Shown: positions 28,858-39,636, numbered from the stretch's first letter. The stretch is DNA of 60,390 bases from an uncultured Bacilli bacterium (GCA_944372415.1 CALVZA010000016.1:1-60390); one strand, 5' to 3'. Numbers and translations are program-made. Notes: generated by a model not told the origin, from the sequence alone.

Positions 28858-29940
28858 ATGAAAAAAATATTAGTTTGCGCAAATTCATTATGTATAGGTG
28901 GTATAGAAAAATCATTAATAAATTTACTAAAAAGTATTGACTATAAAAAATATAACGTAGATTTAATCTTAGAAAGTATTTCTGGTGAATTAATAAAAGA
29001 AGTACCACCTAATATAAATATATTAGAATATAAACCATATAAATTAAAAAACAAAGTATTACAAAAAACTTTAAATTTTTTAAAACAACTAAAATATAAA
29101 ATATTATTAAAAAATAAATATGATTGTTCAATCTGTTATGCAACTTATTCTTATTCATCAAACTTACTATCACGTATTGCTAGTAAAAACAATATCTTAT
29201 TTGTACATAGTGATTATACTTTAATATATAATGAACAAGAATTAAAACAATTCTTTGATACAAGAAATATAAATGAATTTAAAAAAATAGTATTCGTTTC
29301 AAATGAATCTAAAAATAATTTAATAAAATATTATCCAAATATTGTTAATAATTCTATAGTTATTAACAATATAATTGATATTAATGATATAAAAGAAAAA
29401 TCTAAAGAAAAAATTAAATTACCATATAATAAAAATAATATAAACTTATTATTTGTTGGTAGACTAGAAGAAAAATCTAAAAATATATTATTTCAATTAG
29501 AAATGATTAAAGAATTAAAAAATAAATTTAAAAATATAAAACTATATATTATAGGAGATGGAATAGATAAAGAAACATATATAAAATATATTAAAGATAA
29601 TAAACTAAATAATTATATAGAATTATTAGGTAAAAAAACTAATCCATATCCATATATAAAACATTGTGATTATTTAATTTTAACAAGTAATTATGAAGGA
29701 TATCCAGTAATATTTAATGAAAGTATAGTATTAAATAGTGATATAATATCTACTATAAAAATTAGTGATGATTTAACATGTATTGGTGATAATTTTGGAT
29801 TTTTAATAAACAAAAAAACATTTATAAAAGAAATATCAAATATATTAGAAAATAAAACCCATAATACTAATAAATTAAATATAGAAAAAATAAATCAAGA
29901 AAGAATAGAAAAAATAGAGAGGTTATTTGATGGAGAATAA
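28858..29940 (+). CDS. GT-B glycosyltransferase (GT4 family)
   Basis: SLCIGGIEKSL at the N-terminus, FVGRLEEKSKN, and SNYEGYPVIFNES (the E-x7-E region). The start was moved to ATG 28858, preceded by AGGTG. Confidence 0.75.
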   Translation: MKKILVCANSLCIGGIEKSLINLLKSIDYKKYNVDLILESISGELIKEVPPNINILEYKPYKLKNKVLQKTLNFLKQLKYKILLKNKYDCSICYATYSYSSNLLSRIASKNNILFVHSDYTLIYNEQELKQFFDTRNINEFKKIVFVSNESKNNLIKYYPNIVNNSIVINNIIDINDIKEKSKEKIKLPYNKNNINLLFVGRLEEKSKNILFQLEMIKELKNKFKNIKLYIIGDGIDKETYIKYIKDNKLNNYIELLGKKTNPYPYIKHCDYLILTSNYEGYPVIFNESIVLNSDIISTIKISDDLTCIGDNFGFLINKKTFIKEISNILENKTHNTNKLNIEKINQERIEKIERLFDGE

Positions 29941-30877
29941 TATTAAATTTTCAATTATAGTTCCAGTTTATAACGTAGAAAAATATATTAAAAAATGTAT
30001 TGACAGTATATTAAATCAAACATACAAAAACTATGAAATAATAATAATAAATGATGGTTCAACAGATAACTCATCTAAAATTATAAATAATTATAAAAAA
30101 AATAAAAATATAAAAATAATAACACAAAAAAATAAAGGGCTAAGTGCTGCTAGAAACAAAGGAATAAAACTAGCAACAGGAGATTATATATTGTTTATTG
30201 ACAGCGACGACTACATAGATGAAAATTTATTATTAATTCTAAATAAAAAAATTACTAATGAAGACTTGATAAGATTTCAATTATGTAAAGTAGATGAAAA
30301 TAATAATATAATCAAAGAATACCCAGAACAAGAATTTACAAAATTAAATGGAGTTGAAGCATTTAATAGAATAGTAAACTATAACTATATAGAATTAGCA
30401 GTTTGTTATTGCTATAAAAGAGAAATATTCATAAAACACAATTATTTATTTAAAGAAAATACTTATCACGAAGACTTTGGACTTATACCCATTATTATAA
30501 TTAATTCAAATAAAGTTTCTTCAATAAACTATATAGGTTATAATTATTTGCAAAGAAAAAACAGTATTATGAACAAAGATAATTATAACAAAGAACTAAA
30601 AAAAACTTATGATGTTTTAGAACATTACAAATTTTTAAAAGAAGAAAGTAAAATACTAAAAAAAGATAGCCCTGTATTTAATAGTTATATAGCAAATTCA
30701 CTTATACTAAAAATAGTTGATTTAAAAAAAGTAGACTATAAACTACTAAAAAAAGAATTAAAAAAATTAGATGTTTATAAAAATTTACTTAATAATACTT
30801 TTAATAGAAAAACGAAAAAATTATTACTAAAAATATCACCTAAATTATATTATAAAATTATAAGAGGTATAAAATGA
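29930..30877 (+). CDS. GT2 glycosyltransferase
   Basis: FSIIVPVYNVEKYIKKCIDSILNQTY, IIINDGSTDNS and FIDSDDY motifs. It overlaps the previous gene. Confidence 0.85.
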   Translation: MENNIKFSIIVPVYNVEKYIKKCIDSILNQTYKNYEIIIINDGSTDNSSKIINNYKKNKNIKIITQKNKGLSAARNKGIKLATGDYILFIDSDDYIDENLLLILNKKITNEDLIRFQLCKVDENNNIIKEYPEQEFTKLNGVEAFNRIVNYNYIELAVCYCYKREIFIKHNYLFKENTYHEDFGLIPIIIINSNKVSSINYIGYNYLQRKNSIMNKDNYNKELKKTYDVLEHYKFLKEESKILKKDSPVFNSYIANSLILKIVDLKKVDYKLLKKELKKLDVYKNLLNNTFNRKTKKLLLKISPKLYYKIIRGIK

Positions 30878-31809
30878 TAAAAGTAAGTATAATAGTACCT
30901 ACCTATAATAGAGAAAAATATGTAAAAAGATGTTTAGATAAATTAATAAATCAAACACTAACTGATATAGAAATTATTGTAATAGATGATGGTTCAATTG
31001 ATAATACTAAAAATATTGTAAAAAATTATAAAGATAAAAGAATAAAATATATATATAAAACCAATACAGGAATAGGTAGTACAAGAAATAGAGGAATTAA
31101 AGAGGCAACTGGAGAATTTGTAAGTTTTGTAGACATTGATGATTATATAGATGAAACTATGCTAGAAAAATGCTATAAAAAAGCAAAAAAAGAAAATTTA
31201 GATATAGTAATATGTGATTATATAGAAATAGAAGAAGAAACAAAAAAAAGTAAGAAAATCAAATTAAAAACATTTAATAATACAACTCTAAAAGATAACC
31301 CCAGTATAATAAATAAAACTAATTTAGGACCTTGTAATAAAATAATAAAAAGTACACTTTTTAAAAATAATTTATTTCCAACAAATATAAAATATGAAGA
31401 TATGGCATTAGTTATAAACCTATATAAAAATGCTAAAAAAATAGGTAAAATAGATGAATATTTATCATATTTTACAATACATAAAAATAGTGAAACAACA
31501 ACAAGAGATAATAAAATTTTTGATATATTTATAAGTTTAGATAAAATAAGAGATATATTAAAAGAAGAATATTATAAAAAAGAATTAGAAACTTTAATAA
31601 TATCTACCTTATCAAATTATAATATTCAACAAAGATATATAAAAGATAAAATATCAAGAGATACTTTTATAAATAAATCTTTTAACTATTTAAAAAAATA
31701 TTGTCCAAATTATAAACATAATAAATATTATAAAGAAAGAAAACTTAAAGGTATAATAGAAAAAAATAAAACATTAACTAAACTTTATTCTAATATTTAT
31801 AATCGATAA
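30874..31809 (+). CDS. GT2 glycosyltransferase
   Basis: VSIIVPTYNREKYVKRCLDKLINQT, VIDDGSIDNT and FVDIDDY motifs. ATGA start/stop overlap with the previous gene. Confidence 0.85.
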   Translation: MIKVSIIVPTYNREKYVKRCLDKLINQTLTDIEIIVIDDGSIDNTKNIVKNYKDKRIKYIYKTNTGIGSTRNRGIKEATGEFVSFVDIDDYIDETMLEKCYKKAKKENLDIVICDYIEIEEETKKSKKIKLKTFNNTTLKDNPSIINKTNLGPCNKIIKSTLFKNNLFPTNIKYEDMALVINLYKNAKKIGKIDEYLSYFTIHKNSETTTRDNKIFDIFISLDKIRDILKEEYYKKELETLIISTLSNYNIQQRYIKDKISRDTFINKSFNYLKKYCPNYKHNKYYKERKLKGIIEKNKTLTKLYSNIYNR

Positions 31810-31837
31810 AAAATTTACTAAAAGTAGATTTTTTTTT
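31810..31837 (+). terminator. Weak intra-operon hairpin plus T9 before the first ABC exporter
   Basis: Arms aaaatttac (31810-31818) and gtagatttt (31824-31832): 9 bp with one G-U pair, then a T run. TATAAT at 31848-31853 follows. Confidence 0.3.
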
Positions 31838-31876
31838 ATATATTGGTTATAATTAATAGAGAAAGAGTTGAATTTT

Positions 31877-32677
31877 ATGATAAAAAGAATTTTTTTAAAC
31901 TTTAAAAGATATACATTCTTAATGAGTCAAATGGTATCACGTGATTTTAAAGTAAAATATAAAAGAAGCGTGCTAGGAATATTATGGAGCTTACTATTTC
32001 CATTATTACAAATGAGTGTTATGGCTTTAGTTTTCTCGCAAATGTTCAAGTTTAGAATGGAAGGAGTAAACTACTTAGTTTACTTAATGAGTGGATTAAT
32101 AATATTTAATTATTTTAGTGAAGCCTCTAATAGTGCTATGACTAGTTTAGTAACAAACTTTCCGTTAATGAAAAAAATATATATGCCAAAATATATATTC
32201 CCACTATCAAAATGTATATTTGCAACTATAAATTTTTTATTAACACTTATACCATTTTTGTTAATAATATTATTTTCAGGAGATAAAAATACACATTGTA
32301 TAATTAATATGTATTATATATTCTTACCATTTGCATATTTATGTGTTTTTTTGTTTTCTATAGGAGTTGGTTTTATATTATCAACAATATCTGTTTTTTT
32401 AAGAGATATATTTTATATCTATGGAATTATTTTGACAATGTGGCAATATTTTACACCAACATTTTATGATATAAGTATGTTAACTCCTGAATTACAAAAA
32501 TTATTTTATTTAAATCCTTTATATCACTATATAACGTTCACAAGAACTATTATACTATATAACAAAATGCCCGACCTTTCTAGTTGGTTATGGTGTGGAG
32601 GGACTGCAATTATAACATTAATTATAGGTTGTATAGTATTTAAATTAAAACAAGATAAATTTATATATTATGCTTAA
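31877..32677 (+). CDS. ABC-2-type polysaccharide/polyol-phosphate exporter permease (TagG/Wzm type), copy 1
   Basis: Six-TM protein with the N-terminal signature LMSQMVSRDFKVKYKRSVLGILWSLLFP. ATG 31877 was preferred over TTG 31868, which abuts the SD. Confidence 0.8.
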   Translation: MIKRIFLNFKRYTFLMSQMVSRDFKVKYKRSVLGILWSLLFPLLQMSVMALVFSQMFKFRMEGVNYLVYLMSGLIIFNYFSEASNSAMTSLVTNFPLMKKIYMPKYIFPLSKCIFATINFLLTLIPFLLIILFSGDKNTHCIINMYYIFLPFAYLCVFLFSIGVGFILSTISVFLRDIFYIYGIILTMWQYFTPTFYDISMLTPELQKLFYLNPLYHYITFTRTIILYNKMPDLSSWLWCGGTAIITLIIGCIVFKLKQDKFIYYA

Positions 32678-32688
32678 GGAGGTTTAAT

Positions 32689-33420
32689 ATGATAACAGTA
32701 AATAACGTATCAATGAAATTTGATTTAGGAATAGAACGAGATAATTCTTTTAAACAAGTTTTTATAAATTTACTATCTTTTAAAAAGAAAAACAAAGATT
32801 ATTTTTGGGCTTTAAAAGATATATCATTTCATATAAAAAAAGGAGAAGTAGTAGGTTTAATAGGCTCCAATGGTGCAGGAAAATCCACACTTTTAAAAAC
32901 AATAAGTGGTGTTATGAAACCTACTAAGGGAAGTATACAAGTTAATGGAATAATATCACCTATGATTGAATTAGGTGCAGGATTTGACTTAGAATTAACA
33001 GCAAGAGAAAATATTTATTTAAATGGTGCTGTATTAGGTTATTCTAAAAAATTTTTAGAAGAAAAATTTGATGAAATTGTAGAATTTTCAGAATTAAAAG
33101 ATTTTTTAGATGTTCCCGTAAAAAATTTTTCATCAGGAATGACAGCAAAGCTAGCATTTTCTATAGCAACTATAGTTAACCCTGAAGTATTAATAGTAGA
33201 TGAAATATTATCTGTTGGAGATATTAAATTTCAAGAAAAAAGTAAAAATAAAATGTTAGAAATGATAAAAGGTGGAACAACAGTATTATATGTTTCTCAC
33301 TCTTTAACATCTATTGAAGAACTTTGTGATAAAGTTATTTGGCTAGAACACGGTCAAATTGTAGAAATGGGAGATACTAAAGAAATTTGCAAAAAATATT
33401 ATGACAAACAAATGAATTAA
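32689..33420 (+). CDS. ABC exporter ATP-binding protein (TagH/Wzt type, short form), copy 1
   Basis: Walker A GSNGAGKSTLL, signature FSSGMTAKLAF, Walker B VLIVDEILSVGD. Confidence 0.85.
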   Translation: MITVNNVSMKFDLGIERDNSFKQVFINLLSFKKKNKDYFWALKDISFHIKKGEVVGLIGSNGAGKSTLLKTISGVMKPTKGSIQVNGIISPMIELGAGFDLELTARENIYLNGAVLGYSKKFLEEKFDEIVEFSELKDFLDVPVKNFSSGMTAKLAFSIATIVNPEVLIVDEILSVGDIKFQEKSKNKMLEMIKGGTTVLYVSHSLTSIEELCDKVIWLEHGQIVEMGDTKEICKKYYDKQMN

Positions 33421-33436
33421 TAAAGGAAGTGAAATT

Positions 33437-34633
33437 ATGGCTAAAAATATATTGTTGTGTTTAGAACAGTTAGAAATTGGTGGAGTAGAAACTTATGTAT
33501 ACAGCCAAACATGTTCACTAATAAAAAAAGGACATAACGTTATTATTTTAGCAAAAAAAGGTGCCTTACAAAAAAAAATTGAAGAAACAGGAGCAAAAGT
33601 AATTAATATAGAATTTCCTCTAATTTATAATTACGATTTATATACATCAAAAAAAATAGAAAAAATAATAAAAAAATATAAAATAACAGAAGTTCATATT
33701 AATCAATATCCATGTATTTTATCAGTTATGCCAGCATGTATTAAACTTGGTATACCATATATTGCTTACGTTCACTCAATAGTATTTGATGTATTTGATT
33801 GGTTTATAAAAACTTTCCCAGTTTATAAAGAAGGATTTAACATATATTTTCAAAATGCATATAAAATTCTTACTATTACAGAAGAAACAAAAAATAAACA
33901 TTCAAAATATTTTAATATAAATAAAAATAAATATATTATTAAAAACAATAGTATAAATTTAGAAATGTTTAAAACTGAAACATTAAATACTAATAGAAAT
34001 AATTTATTAATTATTGGACGTTTTTCAGAAGAAAAAATGACATCTATAAAAAATTCTATAGATTTTTATATAAAATATAAACAAAAAAATAATAATGCAA
34101 AATTATATTTATTAGGAGACGGTCCAACAAGAAAAGAAATAGAAGAATATTTAAAATTAAAAAATACTAAAGATTATGAATTTTTAGGTTCTACTAATAA
34201 TGTAATACCATATTTAGAAAAATCAGATATAGTTTTAGGAGTAGATAGATGTATTTTAGAAGCATTAACTATGAAAAAAATTGCTATTATATCTGGATAT
34301 AAAAATTTTAAAGGAATAGTGAATTTGTCAAATATAAAATTAGCTAGTAAAGAAAATTTTTCAGGGAACAATTTAAAAGAAAATAGTATAGATTCAGTTA
34401 TCGAAGAATTAATTAATTTAAATGAAAAAAATATATTAGAAGTAAAAACAAAAAATTATGAATTTATAAAAAATAATTTAGATATAATGAAAAATATTTA
34501 TATTATTAATAAGTATCTAAAAATAGACTATAAAAATGCATATGAAGTTATTTTAAAAGAAAGTAAAAAATATAAAAAACAATTTTCTGTAAATTCTCCA
34601 ATAATAAAAATAATAAGAAAAATAAAAAAATAG
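33437..34633 (+). CDS. GT-B glycosyltransferase (GT4-like)
   Basis: LEIGGVETYVYSQ at the N-terminus, IIGRFSEEK, and LGVDRCILEALTMKK in the C-terminal half. Confidence 0.65.
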   Translation: MAKNILLCLEQLEIGGVETYVYSQTCSLIKKGHNVIILAKKGALQKKIEETGAKVINIEFPLIYNYDLYTSKKIEKIIKKYKITEVHINQYPCILSVMPACIKLGIPYIAYVHSIVFDVFDWFIKTFPVYKEGFNIYFQNAYKILTITEETKNKHSKYFNINKNKYIIKNNSINLEMFKTETLNTNRNNLLIIGRFSEEKMTSIKNSIDFYIKYKQKNNNAKLYLLGDGPTRKEIEEYLKLKNTKDYEFLGSTNNVIPYLEKSDIVLGVDRCILEALTMKKIAIISGYKNFKGIVNLSNIKLASKENFSGNNLKENSIDSVIEELINLNEKNILEVKTKNYEFIKNNLDIMKNIYIINKYLKIDYKNAYEVILKESKKYKKQFSVNSPIIKIIRKIKK

Positions 34634-34646
34634 AAAGAGGTACAAC

Positions 34647-37007
34647 ATGAGATATATAGATTATAAGGATACTCCAGGTAAACAAAAGATAACTTATTCT
34701 AAAACTCTTAAAGAAGAAAAACCACTTATAAGTATTATTACACCATTTTATAATGCTGATGATAATGTTTTTTTTACTATGAATAGCGTATTATCACAAA
34801 CATTTCCATTTTTTGAATGGATTATTATAAATGATGGTTCAACAAATAAAGAAAGCTTAAATATATTAAAGAAACTAGAAAAAGAAGATAAAAGAATAAA
34901 AGTATATACAAAAGAAAATGGAGGTCCATCTCAAGCAAGAGATTTTGGAGTTGAAAAAACATCTAATTCAAGCAAGTATTTATATTTTATAGATAGTGAT
35001 GACATTATAGATACTACGATGTTAGAAATATTATATTGGAGTTTAGAAACACATAAAGATGCTTCATTTGCATATACAACTTGTATAAATTTTCAAGATG
35101 AAGAATCAGTTTCAGAGCCTTTTTTTACACTAGAACATGAAATGAAAGATAATAATATATGGATTGCTTCAATGGTAAAAAAAGAAGATTTTTTAAGTGT
35201 TGGTGGATTTGGTATAAAAGAAAAAAAAATGTATGAAGATTGGGGATTGTGGTTAAAACTTTTAGCAAAAGAGAAAAAACCATTAAAAATAAATACACCT
35301 ATATTTTGGTATAGAAAATCAAATACAGGAGAACTATCAAGAGCAAAAGAAAACAATGAAAAAGCTATGGAATATATAGATAGCATAAGAAAAACCATAA
35401 CTAAAGATGTAAAAGCATATCAATTTCCTAATAAAGGTGAAATTTCACCTAGTATTAATGAAAACATAGATTTTATTGTTCCATATTATAAAAAAGAAAA
35501 AAAATCAATACTGTTTTTTATACCATGGATGCAATTAGGTGGAGCGGATTTATTTAATTTAAATCTAATTGAAAATTTAAAAAAAGACTATGAAATAATA
35601 ATAATAACAACAAGAGTATCAGAAAATGAAATAAGAGACAACTTTAGAAAACATTGTAATAAAATATATGAACTTGCATCTTTTTTAGAAAGAAAAGATT
35701 ACTATAAATTTGTAAAATATATAACTGAAGCTAATAATATTGATATAGTTATTAATTCTAATAGTGCTGAAGGTTATGGACTTTTTCCTATGTTAAAAGA
35801 AAACTTTCCAAATATAAAAATAATAGATTATATTCATGCAGTTGAATTAAATGATGGAAAAGGCGGATTTGGTAAATATTCTCAAATCTTTGATAATTAC
35901 ATTGATTACACATACGCATGTAATAATTTTACAAAAAATCAATTAATAGAAAAATTTAATAAGACAAGAGTAAAAACTATTTATATTGGAACGGATACTG
36001 ATAAATATGATCCGGAAAAATTTGATAAAAATAAATTAAAACAAAAATATAAAATAGATGAAGCTAAATTAATAATATCTTTTGTTGCAAGACTAAGTGA
36101 TGAAAAAAGACCTATGTTATTTATTAAAATTGCACAAGAATTATTAAAAAAACGTAATGATTTAGAATTTATAATAGCCGGAGATGGTCCATTATTAAAT
36201 AAAATTAAATTTAATATACAAAAAAAAGGACTAAAAGACAAAATTCATTTAGTTGGAATGGTAAAAAGTGAAGATATATATAAAATAAGCGATTTAACTA
36301 TTAATTGTTCGAGTTTAGAAGGGCTTGCCTTAACATCATATGAATCACTTTCTATGGGGGTACCAGTTATTTCAACATCAGTAGGTGGACAGACTGAACT
36401 TATAGATGATACTGTAGGTAAAATTGTTAAATATGATAAAAATAGAAATCCAAAAGAAGAATTAATTGATTATGTAGAATCAGTAGAAAATGTCCTTGCA
36501 AATTTAAATGATATAAAAAATAATTGTAGAAAAAGAATATTGGATAATTTTACAACAGAACTTATGCATAAAAAATTTAGAAAAGAAATAAATGATTTAT
36601 TAGAAAAAGAAAATACTAATATTAAAAGTGATAGCAAAACAATATTTGAATTAGTATTAGATATAGAATATAAATTACATAATTGGTTAACGAGTGAATA
36701 TTATTTTAAAAATTTTGGTGTAAATATAGATGATAATTATGAAGAAACATTTAATAATGAAATAAGTAAAAAAAGGAAAATAATATTAAAATTAAAAAAA
36801 ATATCAACAAAATATAATATAAAAGAAGAAGCACAAATTATTATTTCTTTATTAAGAACTATTAAAGCATTTATATTAGAAGGAATTATAATTAGTTCAA
36901 TAAAATACATAAAAAATATTTTTAAGTATTTATACTATACAATTAAATTCTTTATTAAAAGTTTAATTGCTATTCCAAAAATAATAATAAAACTAGTAAA
37001 AAAATAA
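34647..37007 (+). CDS. Bifunctional GT2 + GT4 glycosyltransferase with amphipathic/hydrophobic C-terminal tail
   Basis: GT2 part: ISIITPFYNADDNVFFTMNSVLSQTF, IINDGSTNK, FIDSDD. GT-B part: IPWMQLGGADLF, FVARLSDEKRP, SSLEGLALTSYESLSMGVPVIST. The tail reads ...FFIKSLIAIPKIIIKLVKK. Confidence 0.8.
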   Translation: MRYIDYKDTPGKQKITYSKTLKEEKPLISIITPFYNADDNVFFTMNSVLSQTFPFFEWIIINDGSTNKESLNILKKLEKEDKRIKVYTKENGGPSQARDFGVEKTSNSSKYLYFIDSDDIIDTTMLEILYWSLETHKDASFAYTTCINFQDEESVSEPFFTLEHEMKDNNIWIASMVKKEDFLSVGGFGIKEKKMYEDWGLWLKLLAKEKKPLKINTPIFWYRKSNTGELSRAKENNEKAMEYIDSIRKTITKDVKAYQFPNKGEISPSINENIDFIVPYYKKEKKSILFFIPWMQLGGADLFNLNLIENLKKDYEIIIITTRVSENEIRDNFRKHCNKIYELASFLERKDYYKFVKYITEANNIDIVINSNSAEGYGLFPMLKENFPNIKIIDYIHAVELNDGKGGFGKYSQIFDNYIDYTYACNNFTKNQLIEKFNKTRVKTIYIGTDTDKYDPEKFDKNKLKQKYKIDEAKLIISFVARLSDEKRPMLFIKIAQELLKKRNDLEFIIAGDGPLLNKIKFNIQKKGLKDKIHLVGMVKSEDIYKISDLTINCSSLEGLALTSYESLSMGVPVISTSVGGQTELIDDTVGKIVKYDKNRNPKEELIDYVESVENVLANLNDIKNNCRKRILDNFTTELMHKKFRKEINDLLEKENTNIKSDSKTIFELVLDIEYKLHNWLTSEYYFKNFGVNIDDNYEETFNNEISKKRKIILKLKKISTKYNIKEEAQIIISLLRTIKAFILEGIIISSIKYIKNIFKYLYYTIKFFIKSLIAIPKIIIKLVKK

Positions 37008-37021
37008 TAAGAGGTTATTAA

Positions 37022-38713
37022 ATGAAAACAGTATATAAAGAAAAATATAAATTATCTTTAATGATAATCTTATATATGTTTACAATTTGTGTTTTTTATA
37101 ATTTTTTTAAAATATTAAAAATAGTAGATTGTATAGTTTTAATAGAAATATTAGGAATTATTGTTCCAATAATATATTATTTTCTTTTATCAAAAAAAGT
37201 AAGTAATATAAAAAAAATTATAACTATTAGTATATATTTAATACTTATATTAATAACGCCATTTATATTTTCAAAGACATATGATGTTTCTGCAGATGGT
37301 AATTCATATCACAAAACATCAATAGGTTTGATGAGTGAAGGATGGAATCCAATATACGAATCAAGCGGAAATTTTAATAGTTCAATATCAACTAAAATTG
37401 AAGACATAGACATATGGATTGACCATTATCCTAAAGCTTCTTATTTTATAGGGGTTTGTATGTACTCGCTTACTAACAATATAGAAAGTGGTAAATGTAT
37501 TACATTTCTAGCAAATATATCATTAGTTTTATTAACAATATCGATATTAGAAGAAAAACTTAGTAAAAAGAAAGCATACATTATTGGAATATTGATAGGA
37601 TTAAATCCAATAGTTTTAAGTCAAATATTAACATTTTATATAGATGGACTTATGGGAATATTATTTGGAATAGAATTATTGTTATTATCTATAACAAATC
37701 CAAAATCAAAAAAAATTAATAGCGTATTTATATATTTATTAAGTTGCTGTGGTATATTTGTTAATTTAAAATTTACTGGCTTATTATTTTCTGGAATAAT
37801 TGCAGCGGTTTATTATTTTTACTGGTTATATAAATATAGAAAAGATAATGATAAATGGACTATTTATAAAAATATAACAATTAAATTTTCTATTATATTT
37901 ATAATAGCAATAGTAGTAATTGGATCATCATCTTATATAAAAAATACAATTGACCATAAAAATCCTCTTTATCCTCTTTTTGGAGAAAACAAAGTAGATA
38001 TAATAACTACAATGCAACCTACAAATTATAAAGATAAAAATGGATTAGAAAAATTTATAAATTCGTTATTTAGTAAAACTGAAAATGTATTATATAATTC
38101 AGATAAACCTAAACTTAAAAACCCATTAACAATTAGTAAAACAGAATTAGATTCTTTAACAATTCCTGATATAAGAATTGGAGGCTTTGGACCTTATTTT
38201 GCAATAACTATAATAGTAACAGTTTTTACATTATTATTTTTATTAAAAAAATTAATAATAAAATCCAAAAAACAAAATAATACTAATATTCATTTATTAC
38301 TGTCAACTATTGCTATAATATTAAGCATAATTTTAGTAGGAGAAGGTTGGTGGGCAAGATATATTCCACAATTATATTACTTAGTTATTATTTCAATAAT
38401 ATACACATATTTAAATTTAAATAAAAATAAATTAAATAATATATTAAATGCTTTAATAATATTATTGCTATTTTTTAATTCAAGTTTATTTGTATATAAA
38501 CAAAACGATATGTATAAAATATATGATAGTATAGATAATGATATTTATTATTTACAAAATAATAAAACAGAACTAAAATTAACTAATAAAAATTTTTATG
38601 GAATATATTATAATTTAAAAGATAATAAAATTGATTATGTTATAAATAATAAATTACAAGAAAAAGAAATAACCTATAAATATACATGGATTATTCAAGT
38701 TAAGGAGATATAA
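37022..38713 (+). CDS. Polytopic membrane protein, candidate GT-C-type glycosyltransferase
   Basis: At least 10 hydrophobic segments. An acidic motif YDVSADGNSYH follows the third TM segment, in a putative first outer loop. The stop lies 1 nt before the UbiA-family gene. No family was recognised with certainty. Confidence 0.45.
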   Translation: MKTVYKEKYKLSLMIILYMFTICVFYNFFKILKIVDCIVLIEILGIIVPIIYYFLLSKKVSNIKKIITISIYLILILITPFIFSKTYDVSADGNSYHKTSIGLMSEGWNPIYESSGNFNSSISTKIEDIDIWIDHYPKASYFIGVCMYSLTNNIESGKCITFLANISLVLLTISILEEKLSKKKAYIIGILIGLNPIVLSQILTFYIDGLMGILFGIELLLLSITNPKSKKINSVFIYLLSCCGIFVNLKFTGLLFSGIIAAVYYFYWLYKYRKDNDKWTIYKNITIKFSIIFIIAIVVIGSSSYIKNTIDHKNPLYPLFGENKVDIITTMQPTNYKDKNGLEKFINSLFSKTENVLYNSDKPKLKNPLTISKTELDSLTIPDIRIGGFGPYFAITIIVTVFTLLFLLKKLIIKSKKQNNTNIHLLLSTIAIILSIILVGEGWWARYIPQLYYLVIISIIYTYLNLNKNKLNNILNALIILLLFFNSSLFVYKQNDMYKIYDSIDNDIYYLQNNKTELKLTNKNFYGIYYNLKDNKIDYVINNKLQEKEITYKYTWIIQVKEI

Positions 38714-38714
38714 A

Positions 38715-39590
38715 ATGATTAAGCAGTATTTAAAATTATTAAGAGTTAAACATTGGTTAAAAAATATTTTAGTATTTTTACCATTATTTTTTAGCAAAAA
38801 CATATTTAATGGACCAATAATACTGAAAGGAATAATAGCATTCTTTATTTTTTCTTTTGTTTCATCAGTTATATACATTATAAATGATATTAATGACATA
38901 GAACTAGATAGAAATCATCCAACAAAAAAAGAAAGACCTTTAGCATCAGGTAAAATTTCTGTTAAAATTGCAATTATTCTAATTACGATACTACTACTAA
39001 TAATAGCAACATTAACAATATATTTGTATAACAGTGCAAATAATATATTAATAATTGTTATACCAGTATTATATTTAATTTTAAATATAGCCTATTCACT
39101 AAAATTAAAACATATTCCTATTATAGATGTTGCTATATTAGTTTCAGGTTTTGTATTTAGAGTATATTATGGTGGTAGTGTATGTGATATAGAAATATCA
39201 TCATGGTTATATTTAATGATAATGTTTGGATCATTTTATCTAGGATTTGGTAAAAGGCGTAATGAATTAAAACAAAATAATTTAAATAATACTAGAAAAG
39301 TTTTAAAATATTATAATAAAGAATTTTTAGACAAAAATATGTATTTATCATTAAGTTTAGCAATAATAAGTTATTCATTATGGTGTGTAGATCCTATAAC
39401 TAAACTTAATATATCATCAGACTATTTAATACTAACAATTCCTTTAATAATGATTATTTTCCAAAAATATAGTCTTATAATTGAAGGAGATTCTGATGGA
39501 GATCCAATAGAAGTGATTTTAAATGATAAAATTCTAATATTATTAATATTTATATATATTTTTATTATGTCATGCATAATATATTTCTAA
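38715..39590 (+). CDS. UbiA-family prenyltransferase of the polyprenyl-phosphate 5-phosphoribosyltransferase (DPPR synthase, Rv3806c-like) type
   Basis: Polytopic protein with INDINDIELDRNHPTKKERPLASGKIS. This is the NDxxDxxxD motif followed by the DRxHPxKxxRPxAxG context that I associate with the phosphoribosyltransferase subfamily. Confidence 0.65.
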   Translation: MIKQYLKLLRVKHWLKNILVFLPLFFSKNIFNGPIILKGIIAFFIFSFVSSVIYIINDINDIELDRNHPTKKERPLASGKISVKIAIILITILLLIIATLTIYLYNSANNILIIVIPVLYLILNIAYSLKLKHIPIIDVAILVSGFVFRVYYGGSVCDIEISSWLYLMIMFGSFYLGFGKRRNELKQNNLNNTRKVLKYYNKEFLDKNMYLSLSLAIISYSLWCVDPITKLNISSDYLILTIPLIMIIFQKYSLIIEGDSDGDPIEVILNDKILILLIFIYIFIMSCIIYF

Positions 39591-39600
39591 ATTAATAAAA

Positions 39601-39636
39601 AAGTTTCAAAGCATATATTTCTTTGAAACTTTTTTA
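39601..39636 (+). terminator. Strong rho-independent terminator ending the first glycopolymer operon
   Basis: Arms aagtttcaaag (39601-39611) and ctttgaaactt (39621-39631), followed by ttttt. Confidence 0.75.

Noticed and set aside
35221-35229. An A9 homopolymer inside the GT2-GT4 fusion gene, and similar A8/T8-T9 runs (e.g. 19023-19030, 31829-31837), considered as slipped-strand phase-variation switches.
   Set aside because: Runs of this length are frequent throughout this AT-rich window, in housekeeping genes and intergenic DNA alike. There is no enrichment at 5' ends of surface genes, and population data are needed before calling phase variation.
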